From assembly GCA_040769165.1 (NCBI GenBank), contig JAXGLP010000001.1, positions 1,091,165 through 1,155,164 on the forward strand: a stretch of 64,000 nucleotides of DNA, given 5' to 3'. The position numbers and the translations under genes were made by a program. The notes below the pieces were generated by a model. It worked only from the letters and a program-made list of their open reading frames with translations. It was not told the DNA's origin and did no database searches. Shown here piece after piece: positions 8,913 to 18,532 of the stretch (its first letter is position 1; every line of letters begins with the position of its first letter). The stretch comes from Armatimonadota bacterium. GTDB lineage: Bacteria; Armatimonadota; UBA5829; DSUL01.

Positions 8913-10631
8913 ATGAGTTTGCCTCGTGCATCCAAGATAACTTTGTGCGGAGTCGCCGCGGTTCTGCTTGCGCTCTGCTGGCTCACCGGAGGACTGGTTC
9001 CAGCCGCGTTCTCGGCAGAAGCCGCTGCTCCGGCCGCAGGGGACCTGCTGTCCCTGGATGTGACCGACACGCCGTTGAAGACTGTCGTGCAGTTGCTGAT
9101 GCGGGACAGCGGCATTAACATCATCCTTGCCTCGAACGACAAGATGAATGTTCCGATCACCGCGACACTGAAAAACCTGCCCCTGGAGACGATTCTGAAA
9201 TCGGTTCTGGCATCAGCGGGACTGAATTACGCGCGCACAGAAGATGGCACGTATCTTATCGGGGCAGAGGTGCAACCGGCCGCACCGCCGGACAAGCCCG
9301 AGGTTGCCATGCCCGTTGAGCCTGCCGCTGCGGTTGTTGCCCCTGTGGTGCAGCCCGAGCCACGCAGGCGCTCGAATGTTGAGATGATCAGGCTCCAGAA
9401 CATCAGCCCCAAGGACGCTATGTCCGCCATGGGGCTGATCCGCGCCGAGGATGCATTCAGCCCGAATCCGCGCCCCACGGTTTGGCGGGGCCCGGCCGTT
9501 GCCTCTGTTCCCGTGGATCAGCGCGGCCCACGCGCGGACCTCTACGATTTCTCGCAGCCTGTTGTGACAAACACGAACCCGTACGGGTCAACCGTGAACA
9601 TCAATGTGCCGCCGGCGCCTGCTGCGCCGACAACCGATGCGCCGAATGCTGCGATCGCGAGCCGGGCCGGCGAAGTAGGTGCGACGGCCAGTCAGTACCG
9701 TCCGACTACCACGCGGCCGACAACCACCACAACCACTCGCCCGGGCACCACAGGGACTACCGGCACGACAAGCAGCACGGAAGATAGCCTTCTACCGGAT
9801 GGGGTTGACAGAATCTTCGCTTATCCCGAGCAGAATGCCCTTCTGGTGATGGGAGACGATGAAGGTGTTGCCAAGCTCAAAGACCTTATCACGCAGATTG
9901 ACCTTCCGCCGAGGCAGGTGATCATCAAGGCTGAGTTCGTCCAGGTGAGAACAGAGATCACGAAAAGGCTGGGCCTCGACTGGATGCTCACGAGGCCGAA
10001 CTACACTGTTCAGACGAATTTCGGCCCCGCGGGGAACGTCCTTGCGTATGTCCAGACGGGCAACGTGACGGCGAATCTTCGGGCGGAGTTGACGGAGAAC
10101 GGCGGCAAGGTCGTGAATGCGCCGATCATCTCTACGCTCAACAACCGCCAGGCGATCATCAGCATCACGAACAGCACTCCGTACTATACGCCGGTGATCC
10201 AGACAACGACGACGGGCAACATCACGCAGTACACGCCCGGGTCACTGGACTATCAGAGTGCGCTCGATGTAATGCCGCAGATTAACGGCGACAACTCGAT
10301 TACTCTGACGCTCAGGCCGGAGATCACCGACCAGTCGGGTCTGGTCAAGAGCCCGGATGGCACTCAGGAGCTGCCTGCGACGGTTACTCAGTATCTGTCA
10401 ACGGCGCGCCGGGTGGCTAACGGCGAGACAATCGTGGTCGGCGGGTTCATCAAGAAGAATGACTCGAACAGCGGCACAAAGGTGCCGATTTTGGGTGACC
10501 TTCCCATCATTGGCAAGCTGTTCCGGTCAACGTCCGACGTCAAGCAGGATGTCGAGACGTTGATCTTCATCACGCCGACCGTTGTTCCGGACAAGAGTTC
10601 GACCGAGGCGATAGGAGTCATCTCGCCCTAG
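8913..10631 (+). CDS. Secretin (PilQ/GspD family)
   Basis: GGAGG RBS before ATG 8913; signal peptide; STN domain; IDLPPRQVIIKAEFV; NGETIVVGG; KVPILGDLPIIGKLFRS; TLIFITPTVV. Confidence 0.93.
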   Translation: MSLPRASKITLCGVAAVLLALCWLTGGLVPAAFSAEAAAPAAGDLLSLDVTDTPLKTVVQLLMRDSGINIILASNDKMNVPITATLKNLPLETILKSVLASAGLNYARTEDGTYLIGAEVQPAAPPDKPEVAMPVEPAAAVVAPVVQPEPRRRSNVEMIRLQNISPKDAMSAMGLIRAEDAFSPNPRPTVWRGPAVASVPVDQRGPRADLYDFSQPVVTNTNPYGSTVNINVPPAPAAPTTDAPNAAIASRAGEVGATASQYRPTTTRPTTTTTTRPGTTGTTGTTSSTEDSLLPDGVDRIFAYPEQNALLVMGDDEGVAKLKDLITQIDLPPRQVIIKAEFVQVRTEITKRLGLDWMLTRPNYTVQTNFGPAGNVLAYVQTGNVTANLRAELTENGGKVVNAPIISTLNNRQAIISITNSTPYYTPVIQTTTTGNITQYTPGSLDYQSALDVMPQINGDNSITLTLRPEITDQSGLVKSPDGTQELPATVTQYLSTARRVANGETIVVGGFIKKNDSNSGTKVPILGDLPIIGKLFRSTSDVKQDVETLIFITPTVVPDKSSTEAIGVISP

Positions 10632-10668
10632 CAGTCGTGCTGTTCGCGAGCATCAGGACCGAGTTTAT

Positions 10669-10705
10669 GGAGACGGCAGGCTGGTTCTGCCGTCTCCGTT
10701 CGTTT
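10669..10705 (+). terminator. Intrinsic terminator after the secretin gene
   Basis: Perfect 11-bp stem GGAGACGGCAG / CTGCCGTCTCC with a 7-nt loop, followed by GTTCGTTT. Confidence 0.7.
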
Positions 10706-10824
10706 ATGGGAGCGTTTTGGCTATACTCTCTTCTGGCTAATGTCGGCCGGCCGGTTGCGGAGGCAGTTCGGCGCAGGGGCGCCGCGGGTGCCGCCGTATT
10801 GGGCGTATTTCAAGCGGGGATGCT

Positions 10825-12030
10825 ATGTTTCGATTTCTAACGGCAGGTGAATCGCACGGGCAGGCGCTCAGCGCCATTGTTGATGGCGTGCCGTGTGGCT
10901 TAACGCTCACGGCCGAGTTCATCAATCAGCAGCTCTGGCGGCGCCAGCAGGGGCACGGCCGGGGCGCTCGCATGAAGATCGAGACGGACCAGGTTGAGAT
11001 ACTCTCCGGTGTGCGCTTCGGCCAGACGACGGGAGCGCCGGTGTCTCTGGTAGTGAAGAATACGGACTGGCGGAGCTGGTCGGACAAGATGTCGGTAGAG
11101 CCCCGCGAAGACGCATCGCCCTCGCGGGTTGTGTCGGTGCCGCGTCCGGGACATGCCGATCTGGTGGGGCACGTCAAGTATGGTTTCCACGATATGCGCA
11201 ATGCGCTCGAGCGCGCGAGCGCCCGCGAGACGACGATGCGGGTGGCGGCAGGGGCGATCGCACGGCGTTTGCTGGAGGAAGCTGGAATAGCGCTCTTCAG
11301 CCACGTCGTGAGTATCGGTAGTGTCCGTGCCGCCGCTGCGGCTGGCGGCCTCGCTGATGTTGCCCGGCGGGCTGAGGAGTCGCCGGTGCGCTGCGCCGAT
11401 GCCGAAGCGTCTCAGCGCATGGTGGAGTTGATCGATCAGGCGACCAGGGACCGGAACACCCTGGGCGGCGTCTTCGAGGTGATTGCGACGGGACTGCCCG
11501 TTGGGCTTGGGAGCTACGTCCAGTGGGACCGGCGCCTGGACGGTCGCATCGCCATGGCGTTGATGAGCATTCAGGCGATGAAGGGGGTGGAGATCGGCGA
11601 TGGTTTTGAGCTTGCCAGGCGGATGGGTTCGGAGGTGATGGACGAGATCGGCTGGGACGGCTCGGGTTACACGCGCTCGTCGAACCATCTGGGGGGGCTT
11701 GAGGGCGGCGTGACGAACGGTCAGCCGCTTGTTGTACGGGTGGCGAAGAAGCCGATTTCGACGCTTATGCGCCCACTGGCGAGCGTGAACATCGAGACAA
11801 AGGAACCGTCGCCCGCGCACGTGGAGCGGTCTGATGTCTGCGCGGTCCCGGCGGGAGCGGTTGTGGCCGAGGCGATGCTTGCCATTGTGCTGGCCGATGC
11901 CCTGCTCGAGCGGTTCGGGGGCGACTCCATGGACGACCTGCTGGGGAATCTGCGCGCTGTGCGAGAAAAACACGCGTTGGAAGGCAAGCTCATGTCGTCT
12001 GCCTCGGATGGTGAGATCCTTGGCTCCTGA
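10825..12030 (+). CDS. aroC: Chorismate synthase
   Basis: RFLTAGESHG, PRPGHADL, ERASARET, NHLGGLEGG, ERSDVCAVP. Confidence 0.98.
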   Translation: MFRFLTAGESHGQALSAIVDGVPCGLTLTAEFINQQLWRRQQGHGRGARMKIETDQVEILSGVRFGQTTGAPVSLVVKNTDWRSWSDKMSVEPREDASPSRVVSVPRPGHADLVGHVKYGFHDMRNALERASARETTMRVAAGAIARRLLEEAGIALFSHVVSIGSVRAAAAAGGLADVARRAEESPVRCADAEASQRMVELIDQATRDRNTLGGVFEVIATGLPVGLGSYVQWDRRLDGRIAMALMSIQAMKGVEIGDGFELARRMGSEVMDEIGWDGSGYTRSSNHLGGLEGGVTNGQPLVVRVAKKPISTLMRPLASVNIETKEPSPAHVERSDVCAVPAGAVVAEAMLAIVLADALLERFGGDSMDDLLGNLRAVREKHALEGKLMSSASDGEILGS

Positions 12031-12586
12031 AACGCTGGATGACTGCGGCTGCGCAGTGAAGGTGGGGCGGCCTATCGCGATCATCGGCTTTATGGGCGTT
12101 GGCAAGTCGGCGGTGGGCCGGCGGCTGGCGTCACGGCTGGGCTACGAGTTTGTGGATACGGACGCGACGGTGGAGGCTGACGCGGGCAAGGCCATAGCCC
12201 GCATCTTCGAGGAAGACGGCGAGGAGGAGTTCAGGCGGCGCGAGCGGGCGGCGCTTGAAAAGGCGCTTGGCAGTCCGGGCCGGGTCGTTTCGACGGGGGG
12301 CGGGTTGCCGGGGTGTGCCGAGAACAGGGGGCTCCTGCGTGAGCGTGCGGCGGTTGTGCTCCTGACGGCGGATCCGTCCACGATTCTGCGCCGTGTGCAG
12401 CCGCTGGATAGCCGCCCTCTTCTGGTGGGTTTCGCGGACCCTCTGAAACGGATTGCGGACCTGCTTGCCGAGCGGGCGGATTTCTATGCGGACTACGATC
12501 TGGCGATTGACACAACGCAAGGCAGGCCGGGACTGACCGCCCAGAGAATTGCGCGCTGGTACTGCCGGCGCGAGGAGGACGCCTGA
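12008..12586 (+). CDS. aroK: Shikimate kinase (start uncertain, 12008 or 12056)
   Basis: GFMGVGKS Walker A, FVDTD, GEEEFRRRE, STGGG, RPLL. Confidence 0.93.
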   Translation: MVRSLAPETLDDCGCAVKVGRPIAIIGFMGVGKSAVGRRLASRLGYEFVDTDATVEADAGKAIARIFEEDGEEEFRRRERAALEKALGSPGRVVSTGGGLPGCAENRGLLRERAAVVLLTADPSTILRRVQPLDSRPLLVGFADPLKRIADLLAERADFYADYDLAIDTTQGRPGLTAQRIARWYCRREEDA

Positions 12587-13689
12587 TGGCGAGCGTACGG
12601 GTGGCCCTTGGAGACCGCGGCTACAGCATAAAGATCGGGCGGGGCCTTCTGCACAGCGCGGGCCGCGAGTTGGCCAGAGTCGCCAGAAGCTCCCGTGTGG
12701 CGGTCATCAGCCAGCGGCGTGTGTGGCGCCTGTGGGGCGAGCGGCTGGCGGCCTCGCTTGACCAGGCAGGTCTGATGTGGAGCGCGCATCTGGTGCCCGA
12801 TGGTGAATCGGCAAAGACGCTCGGCCGGGTGCGAAGCCTGTACGCCGAGATGGCGGCCGTGGGGATTGACCGCTCTTCGCTGATCGCCGGTTTCGGCGGA
12901 GGAGCCGTGGGTGATCTGGCCGGGTTCGTTGCCGCGACGTGGCTGCGGGGAGTGGATTTCGCTCAGATTCCGACGACGCTGCTTGCTCAGGTGGATGCCA
13001 GCGTGGGCGGCAAGACAGGAGTCAACCTGCCTGCGGGAAAGAACCTCGTCGGCGCCTTCTGGCAGCCGCGTGTGGTGCTGATTGACTCGGGCACGCTCGC
13101 CACACTTCCGGCGCGCGATTACCGGAGCGGCTTGGCCGAAGTCATCAAGTATGGTATCATCCTCGACGCGCAGTTCTACGATTGGATGAAGAATGAGCGT
13201 GAAGCCCTTGTCGCGCAAGATTCGTCCGCCGTCGGCGTAGCCGTGCGCAGGTCTTGCGAACTGAAGGCAGACGTGGTTCGCGCGGACGAGCGTGAGGCCG
13301 GTCTCAGGGCCCTTCTTAACTATGGCCACACGATCGGGCATGCCGTGGAAGCGGCGGGAGGCTACTGTCGAACTCGGCACGGTGAGGCCGTTGCCATCGG
13401 GATGGTTCTGGAGGCACGGCTTGCGGTAATGCTCGGCCTCATCAGCCAGGCTGTGGCGGAAGACATACGGCAGACTGTCGCAGCATTCGGCCTTCCGGTG
13501 GAAGTGCCCCGGTTGTTCGATGCTGATGTGATGGTAGCAGCCACGGGACTGGACAAGAAATCGAAGGGCGGGCGCCTCCACTGTGTGCTTCCCGTGAGCA
13601 TCGGGCGTGCAGAGACAAGGGCGGGAGTAACCCCGGAGATGATCCGTCGGGTCATAACGGAGAGTCAGGCAAATGCGGGGCAGAGGTAA
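12586..13689 (+). CDS. aroB: 3-dehydroquinate synthase
   Basis: GGGAVGDLAGF, PTTLLAQVDASVGGKTG, KNLVGAF, LNYGHTIGHA, HGEAVAIG. Confidence 0.98.
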   Translation: MASVRVALGDRGYSIKIGRGLLHSAGRELARVARSSRVAVISQRRVWRLWGERLAASLDQAGLMWSAHLVPDGESAKTLGRVRSLYAEMAAVGIDRSSLIAGFGGGAVGDLAGFVAATWLRGVDFAQIPTTLLAQVDASVGGKTGVNLPAGKNLVGAFWQPRVVLIDSGTLATLPARDYRSGLAEVIKYGIILDAQFYDWMKNEREALVAQDSSAVGVAVRRSCELKADVVRADEREAGLRALLNYGHTIGHAVEAAGGYCRTRHGEAVAIGMVLEARLAVMLGLISQAVAEDIRQTVAAFGLPVEVPRLFDADVMVAATGLDKKSKGGRLHCVLPVSIGRAETRAGVTPEMIRRVITESQANAGQR

Positions 13690-13912
13690 CCCGCGCGATG
13701 CTGAGCGAGCGCCATCCGTGCTCGATCTGGTTCTTGTAGGCTGGATCGCTCTCGCGGTAATCATGTGGGGCGCCGTGGCGCTCGGGCCGCTTCTGACGGG
13801 GCGGGCTCTTCAGGCGCCCTCTGCCGCCGCCTATTTGTGGCTGGCGCTTGTGTGCGTGCAGATGGTGTGGGGAGCGATCAGCCTGCTCAGGAAGCTGAGG
13901 AGTCGCGACTGA
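13673..13912 (+). CDS. Small two-TM membrane protein, hypothetical
   Basis: 79 aa with two hydrophobic helices. Fills the aroB-kinase gap; TGATG coupling to the next gene. Confidence 0.55.
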   Translation: MRGRGNPRDAERAPSVLDLVLVGWIALAVIMWGAVALGPLLTGRALQAPSAAAYLWLALVCVQMVWGAISLLRKLRSRD

Positions 13913-15624
13913 TGCCTGCAATCGGTGATTTCATAAACGCCCGCTACGAGATTCTCGAGAAGAGCGGAGAAGGCGGCGTCTTTACGGTGTACCGCACCCG
14001 CGACAAGATTGCAAACCGTCTGATGGCGGTCAAGATCCTGAAGCCCGAGTACGTCTCCGAGCCAGACGTGGCCGGGCAGACAGTGTCCCGCGCCAGCCAA
14101 CTGCTTCCTCTATTTCACACGCACCTGACCCGTGTGTACGATGTTCAGCATGCGGGGGAGACGGTCTACATCGCCGAGGAGCACGTGCGGGGCATGGACC
14201 TGAAGGAGAGAATCCGACGGATAGCCCCGTTCACTGTCGCGTCGGGAGTGGATGTCGCGATTGGCATCGCCAGCGCGCTGGACTACCTCCATCGGGCCGG
14301 GCTTACCCACGGTGACTTGCGGCCGCAGAAGGTTCTGGTCGGCCCGGAGGGTGAGGTGAAGGTAACGGGGGCGGGGCTGTCGGCGGCGATGAGCGGTCAC
14401 GATGACCTCAGGTCCCTGGGGCTCATGAGGGCCGTGCATTACTCGGCTCCAGAGCTGTTCGATGGCTCTCCCGCATCGGCTCAGACCGATATATATGCGC
14501 TTGGCATTATTCTGTACGAGATGCTGACGGGATCTCTGCCTTTCCATGCCGACAGCGCGATAACGGTTGCGACGAAGCACAAGACGGAACCGGTACCCTC
14601 GGCGCGCAATCTCAACGCGGGGATCCCGCGTGAGCTGGACGGTATCGTGATGCGCGCCATGGCCAAGGAGCCGGAGGAGCGCTATGAGACCGCGGCTGAG
14701 ATGCTGGCCGATCTGATGAGCGTCCAGGAGTCGCTTCGGATTGGCAGACCGGCTTCAAGGGCGGATGGAGGAAAGGGTCGGCCGGATGAGACTGAGCACG
14801 GACCTGTGGCGCTGCCGCGCGAGGAGAGCATCTGGAAAGGCCTTGCCAGGGCTCTGCTCCTGGTAGCACTCGTTGCCGCTGTCGTTTTCGCTGGCATCAC
14901 CTTCCTAATGGGGACCTCGCCCGGCGATGTGACCGTTCCCGACCTGACAGGGCTGACAAGCCAGCAAGCCGGAAACAGGCTGTCTCCAATGGGCCTGATG
15001 CTGGAGGTGGAACGTGAAGACTACAATGAGAAGTATGACGAAGGAGAGATATACTTCTCGACACCGCAGTCAGGCGAGCGTGTCAAGCAGGACACGGTGG
15101 TGCGCGTATACGTGAGCAAGGGATCGAAGGAAGCTGTAGTTCCGGACCTCGTGGGGATGTCCGAAAGCAGGGCGATCGAGGCGTTGCAGGAGAGCGATTT
15201 CGTGATCGGCGGCACCGACCAGGCCTACTCGTCCACAGTCCCCGCTGGCAGTGTTGTCAGGCAGACCCCCCGCAGTGGGCGCAAGGCGCCGCGGAAGAGC
15301 CGCGTGAGCCTTGTAGTCAGCCTTGGAACGGACCCGTCATCCGAAGAGCCCGAGGAGGTCGAGACAACACCTCAGGTTGAGCCCGACGAGACAGAAGAGG
15401 ACGATAGTTCGCCTCTGCGCAAATTGCGCGTGCGCTTTGCGTTGCCCGAGGGAGGACAGCGGAAGATACAAATCATCGTGAAGGACGAAACCGGCGAGTG
15501 GACGGCTCTGGATGAGGACCGTGAGGGGGGGGAAGCCGTCGAGACAACTATCAACGCCACGGGCAAGCGTGTCGAGATTCGGACCTACGTGGATGGAAAG
15601 CTGGTAGACAGGCAGGTCAAATGA
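13912..15624 (+). CDS. PknB/PrkC-like Ser/Thr kinase-domain membrane protein with PASTA domains; predicted pseudokinase
   Basis: RYEILEKSGEGG, MAVKIL, YSAPE, DIYALGIILYEMLTG, TM helix, two PASTA repeats (VTVPDLTG, VVPDLVG). Catalytic motifs are altered (HGDLRPQK; GAG in place of DFG). Confidence 0.9.
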   Translation: MPAIGDFINARYEILEKSGEGGVFTVYRTRDKIANRLMAVKILKPEYVSEPDVAGQTVSRASQLLPLFHTHLTRVYDVQHAGETVYIAEEHVRGMDLKERIRRIAPFTVASGVDVAIGIASALDYLHRAGLTHGDLRPQKVLVGPEGEVKVTGAGLSAAMSGHDDLRSLGLMRAVHYSAPELFDGSPASAQTDIYALGIILYEMLTGSLPFHADSAITVATKHKTEPVPSARNLNAGIPRELDGIVMRAMAKEPEERYETAAEMLADLMSVQESLRIGRPASRADGGKGRPDETEHGPVALPREESIWKGLARALLLVALVAAVVFAGITFLMGTSPGDVTVPDLTGLTSQQAGNRLSPMGLMLEVEREDYNEKYDEGEIYFSTPQSGERVKQDTVVRVYVSKGSKEAVVPDLVGMSESRAIEALQESDFVIGGTDQAYSSTVPAGSVVRQTPRSGRKAPRKSRVSLVVSLGTDPSSEEPEEVETTPQVEPDETEEDDSSPLRKLRVRFALPEGGQRKIQIIVKDETGEWTALDEDREGGEAVETTINATGKRVEIRTYVDGKLVDRQVK

Positions 15625-16295
15625 AAGTACGTTTCGCTCCATCTCTTCTGGCCGCCGACTTCTCTCGCCTCGGAGAGCAGGCATGGGAAGCGGCAGAGGC
15701 TGGCGCCGATCTACTCCATTTCGACGTGATGGACGGGCACTTTGTGCCGAACATCACATTTGGGCCGCTCGTCATCAGGGCGCTCAAAGGCAAGATCTCG
15801 CTGCCTTTTCATACGCATCTGATGATCAGCGACCCGGAGAAGTACATAGACGAGTTTGCGGATGCGGGTTGTCATCAGCTCTTCGTGCATCCGGAGACCT
15901 GTACGCATCTCCACAGGGTGCTGCAGCAGATCAGGGACGCTGGCGTGCAGCCCGGTGTCGCGCTCAATCCCGCGACCCCGCTCGAGGCTCTGGACTACGT
16001 GTTGCAGGATATTGACGGCATTCTGCTTATGACCGTGAACCCCGGCTTCGGCGGGCAGGAGTTCATCCCGGCGATGCTGCCGAAGATCGTGCGAACACGC
16101 GAGCTGATCCGGATGAGCGGCAGGGACATTGAGCTTGGGGTGGACGGCGGAATGAACGAGCACACGGTGCAGGCTGTTGTCGAAGCCGGCGCGGACACGA
16201 TTATCGCTGGTTCCAGCGTGTTTGGCGGACCGGGCACGGTCAGGGAAAACCTGGGGCGGCTCGTGGACTGCGTGGCCGTCGTGGCGGCCGGATAG
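15621..16295 (+). CDS. rpe: Ribulose-phosphate 3-epimerase
   Basis: APSLLAADF, HFDVMDGHFVPN, MTVNPGFGGQ, VDGG. Confidence 0.98.
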   Translation: MKVRFAPSLLAADFSRLGEQAWEAAEAGADLLHFDVMDGHFVPNITFGPLVIRALKGKISLPFHTHLMISDPEKYIDEFADAGCHQLFVHPETCTHLHRVLQQIRDAGVQPGVALNPATPLEALDYVLQDIDGILLMTVNPGFGGQEFIPAMLPKIVRTRELIRMSGRDIELGVDGGMNEHTVQAVVEAGADTIIAGSSVFGGPGTVRENLGRLVDCVAVVAAG

Positions 16296-16304
16296 GTCTG
16301 CGCG

Positions 16305-16670
16305 GTGGATGTGCTGCGGCTGGTTCTGATCGGCGCGCTGGTTGCGGTAGCGACCGTTCTGGCCCTTGAGGCCGTACGCCGCAAGCGCTTGGCGGCGCTC
16401 ATCTCGCCGTCGCAGTTCTGGATTCGTGTGGCGGCCGCGCTTGTTATGATCCTCGAACTCGTATTAATCCTGGCGGGTACGTACCTGCTAGCCGGGGCTT
16501 CTCCGTTGCTCCAGATCTTCTATTGGACCGGGTGTCTCATTCTTGCCTTTCTCCTCATCGTGCTCGCCATCCTCGATGTCCGCGGGCTGCTCGTGAACTA
16601 TCTGGTTGAGAGGCGCAGGATCTTCCCGGACAGGTCGTCAAAGCGAAGTGATGACAGGTCATCCCACTGA
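16305..16670 (+). CDS. Hypothetical three-TM membrane protein
   Basis: Three hydrophobic helices; co-directional and closely spaced between rpe and ribD. Confidence 0.65.
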   Translation: MDVLRLVLIGALVAVATVLALEAVRRKRLAALISPSQFWIRVAAALVMILELVLILAGTYLLAGASPLLQIFYWTGCLILAFLLIVLAILDVRGLLVNYLVERRRIFPDRSSKRSDDRSSH

Positions 16671-17763
16671 CGCATTCTATATGCGCAAGGCTGTGGCGCT
16701 GGGGCGGCGGGCATGGCCACGGCCGAATCCGCGTGTGGGAGCGGTGCTTGTCAGGGATGGACACATCGTCGGGCGCGGACGGCATATTGCGGCCGGACGG
16801 GATCACGCGGAGATCTGCGCGTTGAAGGACGCCGTGGCCACTGCCGCGGGGTCTGATCTTTACGTCACGCTCGAGCCTTGCTGTCATTACGGGCGCACCG
16901 GCCCGTGCACTGAGGCGATTATCGCGGCAGGCGTCTCACGGGTTGTGGTGGGATGCCTCGACCCTAATCCGCAGGTTGCCGGGGGCGGAATTCTTGCGTT
17001 GCAGCGTGCGGGACTGGCTGTGGAGGCGGGCGTTCTTCAGTTTGCATGCGAGCGTCTGATTGCCGGCCACGCGAAGTTTATGCGGCGCGGGCTGCCTTAT
17101 GTGGTCTGGAAGTATGCGATGACCATGGATGGCAAGGTTGCGACGGCGGCTGGCGAGTCCCGTTGGATAACCGGCGAGCGCGCCCGCTCGGAAGTGCATC
17201 GCCTGCGGCGAACTGTTGATGCCGTGGCGGTGGGCATTGGGACAGTGCTCGCGGATGATCCCCGTTTGACGCCAAGACCGGCGGGCACGGGGCCCGCACC
17301 GTATCGGCTGGTGTTCGACAGCAAAGCCCGGCTTCCTCTGGACAGCGCCTTGCTTGCTGAGGCCGTCGGACAGGTTGTGGTATTCGTGTCCGAGGATGCG
17401 CCCGCAGCGCGCTGCCGCGCGCTGCGCGATGCCGGCGCTCTGGTCATCGAGGCGGGCAAGGCTCGCGTAAGCGCGGCAGCAGCGTTGAGGACGGCGGCAG
17501 ATCAACTCGATGTGCGCGAGGTGCTGCTCGAAAGCGGTCCGGAACTGTCAGCCTCTTTCCTGGCCGAGGGGCTCGTGGACGAGATCGTCTGCTTTGTGTC
17601 AGGGAAGCTCTTCGGCGGGCGGGATGCTCCAGGGCCGTGTGGAGGCGCGGGCATACGACTCCCTGCTGATGCTCCGGCGGCGAAAATCACGCGCATGCGG
17701 CGCTTTGATGAGGATGTCGCGCTCTACGGATTGCTTGCCAGCGAAGACGGTAAGGAATCCTGA
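16651..17763 (+). CDS. ribD: Bifunctional riboflavin deaminase/reductase RibD
   Basis: PNPRVGAV, HAE, LEPCCHYGRTGPC, KYAMTMDGK, SRWITG, GIGTVLADDPRLT. Confidence 0.96.
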   Translation: MTGHPTDAFYMRKAVALGRRAWPRPNPRVGAVLVRDGHIVGRGRHIAAGRDHAEICALKDAVATAAGSDLYVTLEPCCHYGRTGPCTEAIIAAGVSRVVVGCLDPNPQVAGGGILALQRAGLAVEAGVLQFACERLIAGHAKFMRRGLPYVVWKYAMTMDGKVATAAGESRWITGERARSEVHRLRRTVDAVAVGIGTVLADDPRLTPRPAGTGPAPYRLVFDSKARLPLDSALLAEAVGQVVVFVSEDAPAARCRALRDAGALVIEAGKARVSAAAALRTAADQLDVREVLLESGPELSASFLAEGLVDEIVCFVSGKLFGGRDAPGPCGGAGIRLPADAPAAKITRMRRFDEDVALYGLLASEDGKES

Positions 17764-17857
17764 CAGGTTGTGGTTTTCCGCAAGGCCGGGGCACGCTCGT
17801 GTATAATCTTCTGGCGCCGCCGCAGGCAGCCTGCGCCCGCCGTTCGAGACTTCTCCG

Positions 17858-18487
17858 ATGTTCACCGGTATCATAATGGATGTGGGGCGCGTTTCAAGCG
17901 TGCGCCGGACGGCGTATGGAGCCCGGCTGGCAGTGTCGCCCGGGAACTCTCTGGCCGTCGCTGTGTCCGACAGCGTGGCTGTGAACGGCGTATGCCTGAC
18001 AGTGGCCAAAGCGGGAGAGAATCTTATCGAGTTTGATGTCGTGCGCGAGACGCTGGAGCGCTCCACGCTGAAGGTGCTTAGACCTGGCGGTCCGGTGAAC
18101 CTGGAGACCGCTGTTCCGGCGGGCGCGCCCATGGGCGGCCACTTTGTGCAGGGGCACGTGGACTCCGTCTGTGTGGTATCTGCAATCAACAAGGACGTTC
18201 ACGAACGCGAACTGCGACTGAAGTGCCCTCCGGAGGCCCTGCGGCTGATTGTCGAGAAGGGGTCGGTAGCCGTGGACGGCGTGAGCCTCACTGTTTCGGG
18301 GCTGGACGACTCCTCATTCACGGTCAAGATCGTGCCATACACGTGGGAGGCGACTGCGCTGCGCCATCTGAGCGTGGGGGACAGCGTGAATGTGGAGACG
18401 GACATTCTGGCGAAATACATTGCGAGGCTGCTCGGGGAATCGGGCGGGGGCCTGACACTGGAGAAACTGCGCGAATGCGGTTTCTGA
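17858..18487 (+). CDS. ribE: Riboflavin synthase (alpha chain)
   Basis: MFTGII start, NGVCLTV, GGHFVQGHVD, KGSVAVDGVSLTV, VNVETDILAKY. Confidence 0.97.
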   Translation: MFTGIIMDVGRVSSVRRTAYGARLAVSPGNSLAVAVSDSVAVNGVCLTVAKAGENLIEFDVVRETLERSTLKVLRPGGPVNLETAVPAGAPMGGHFVQGHVDSVCVVSAINKDVHERELRLKCPPEALRLIVEKGSVAVDGVSLTVSGLDDSSFTVKIVPYTWEATALRHLSVGDSVNVETDILAKYIARLLGESGGGLTLEKLRECGF

Positions 18488-18532
18488 GCCGCGCCGAGCG
18501 CCCGGCGCCGCGCGAAAGAGCGAAAGAGTTTT

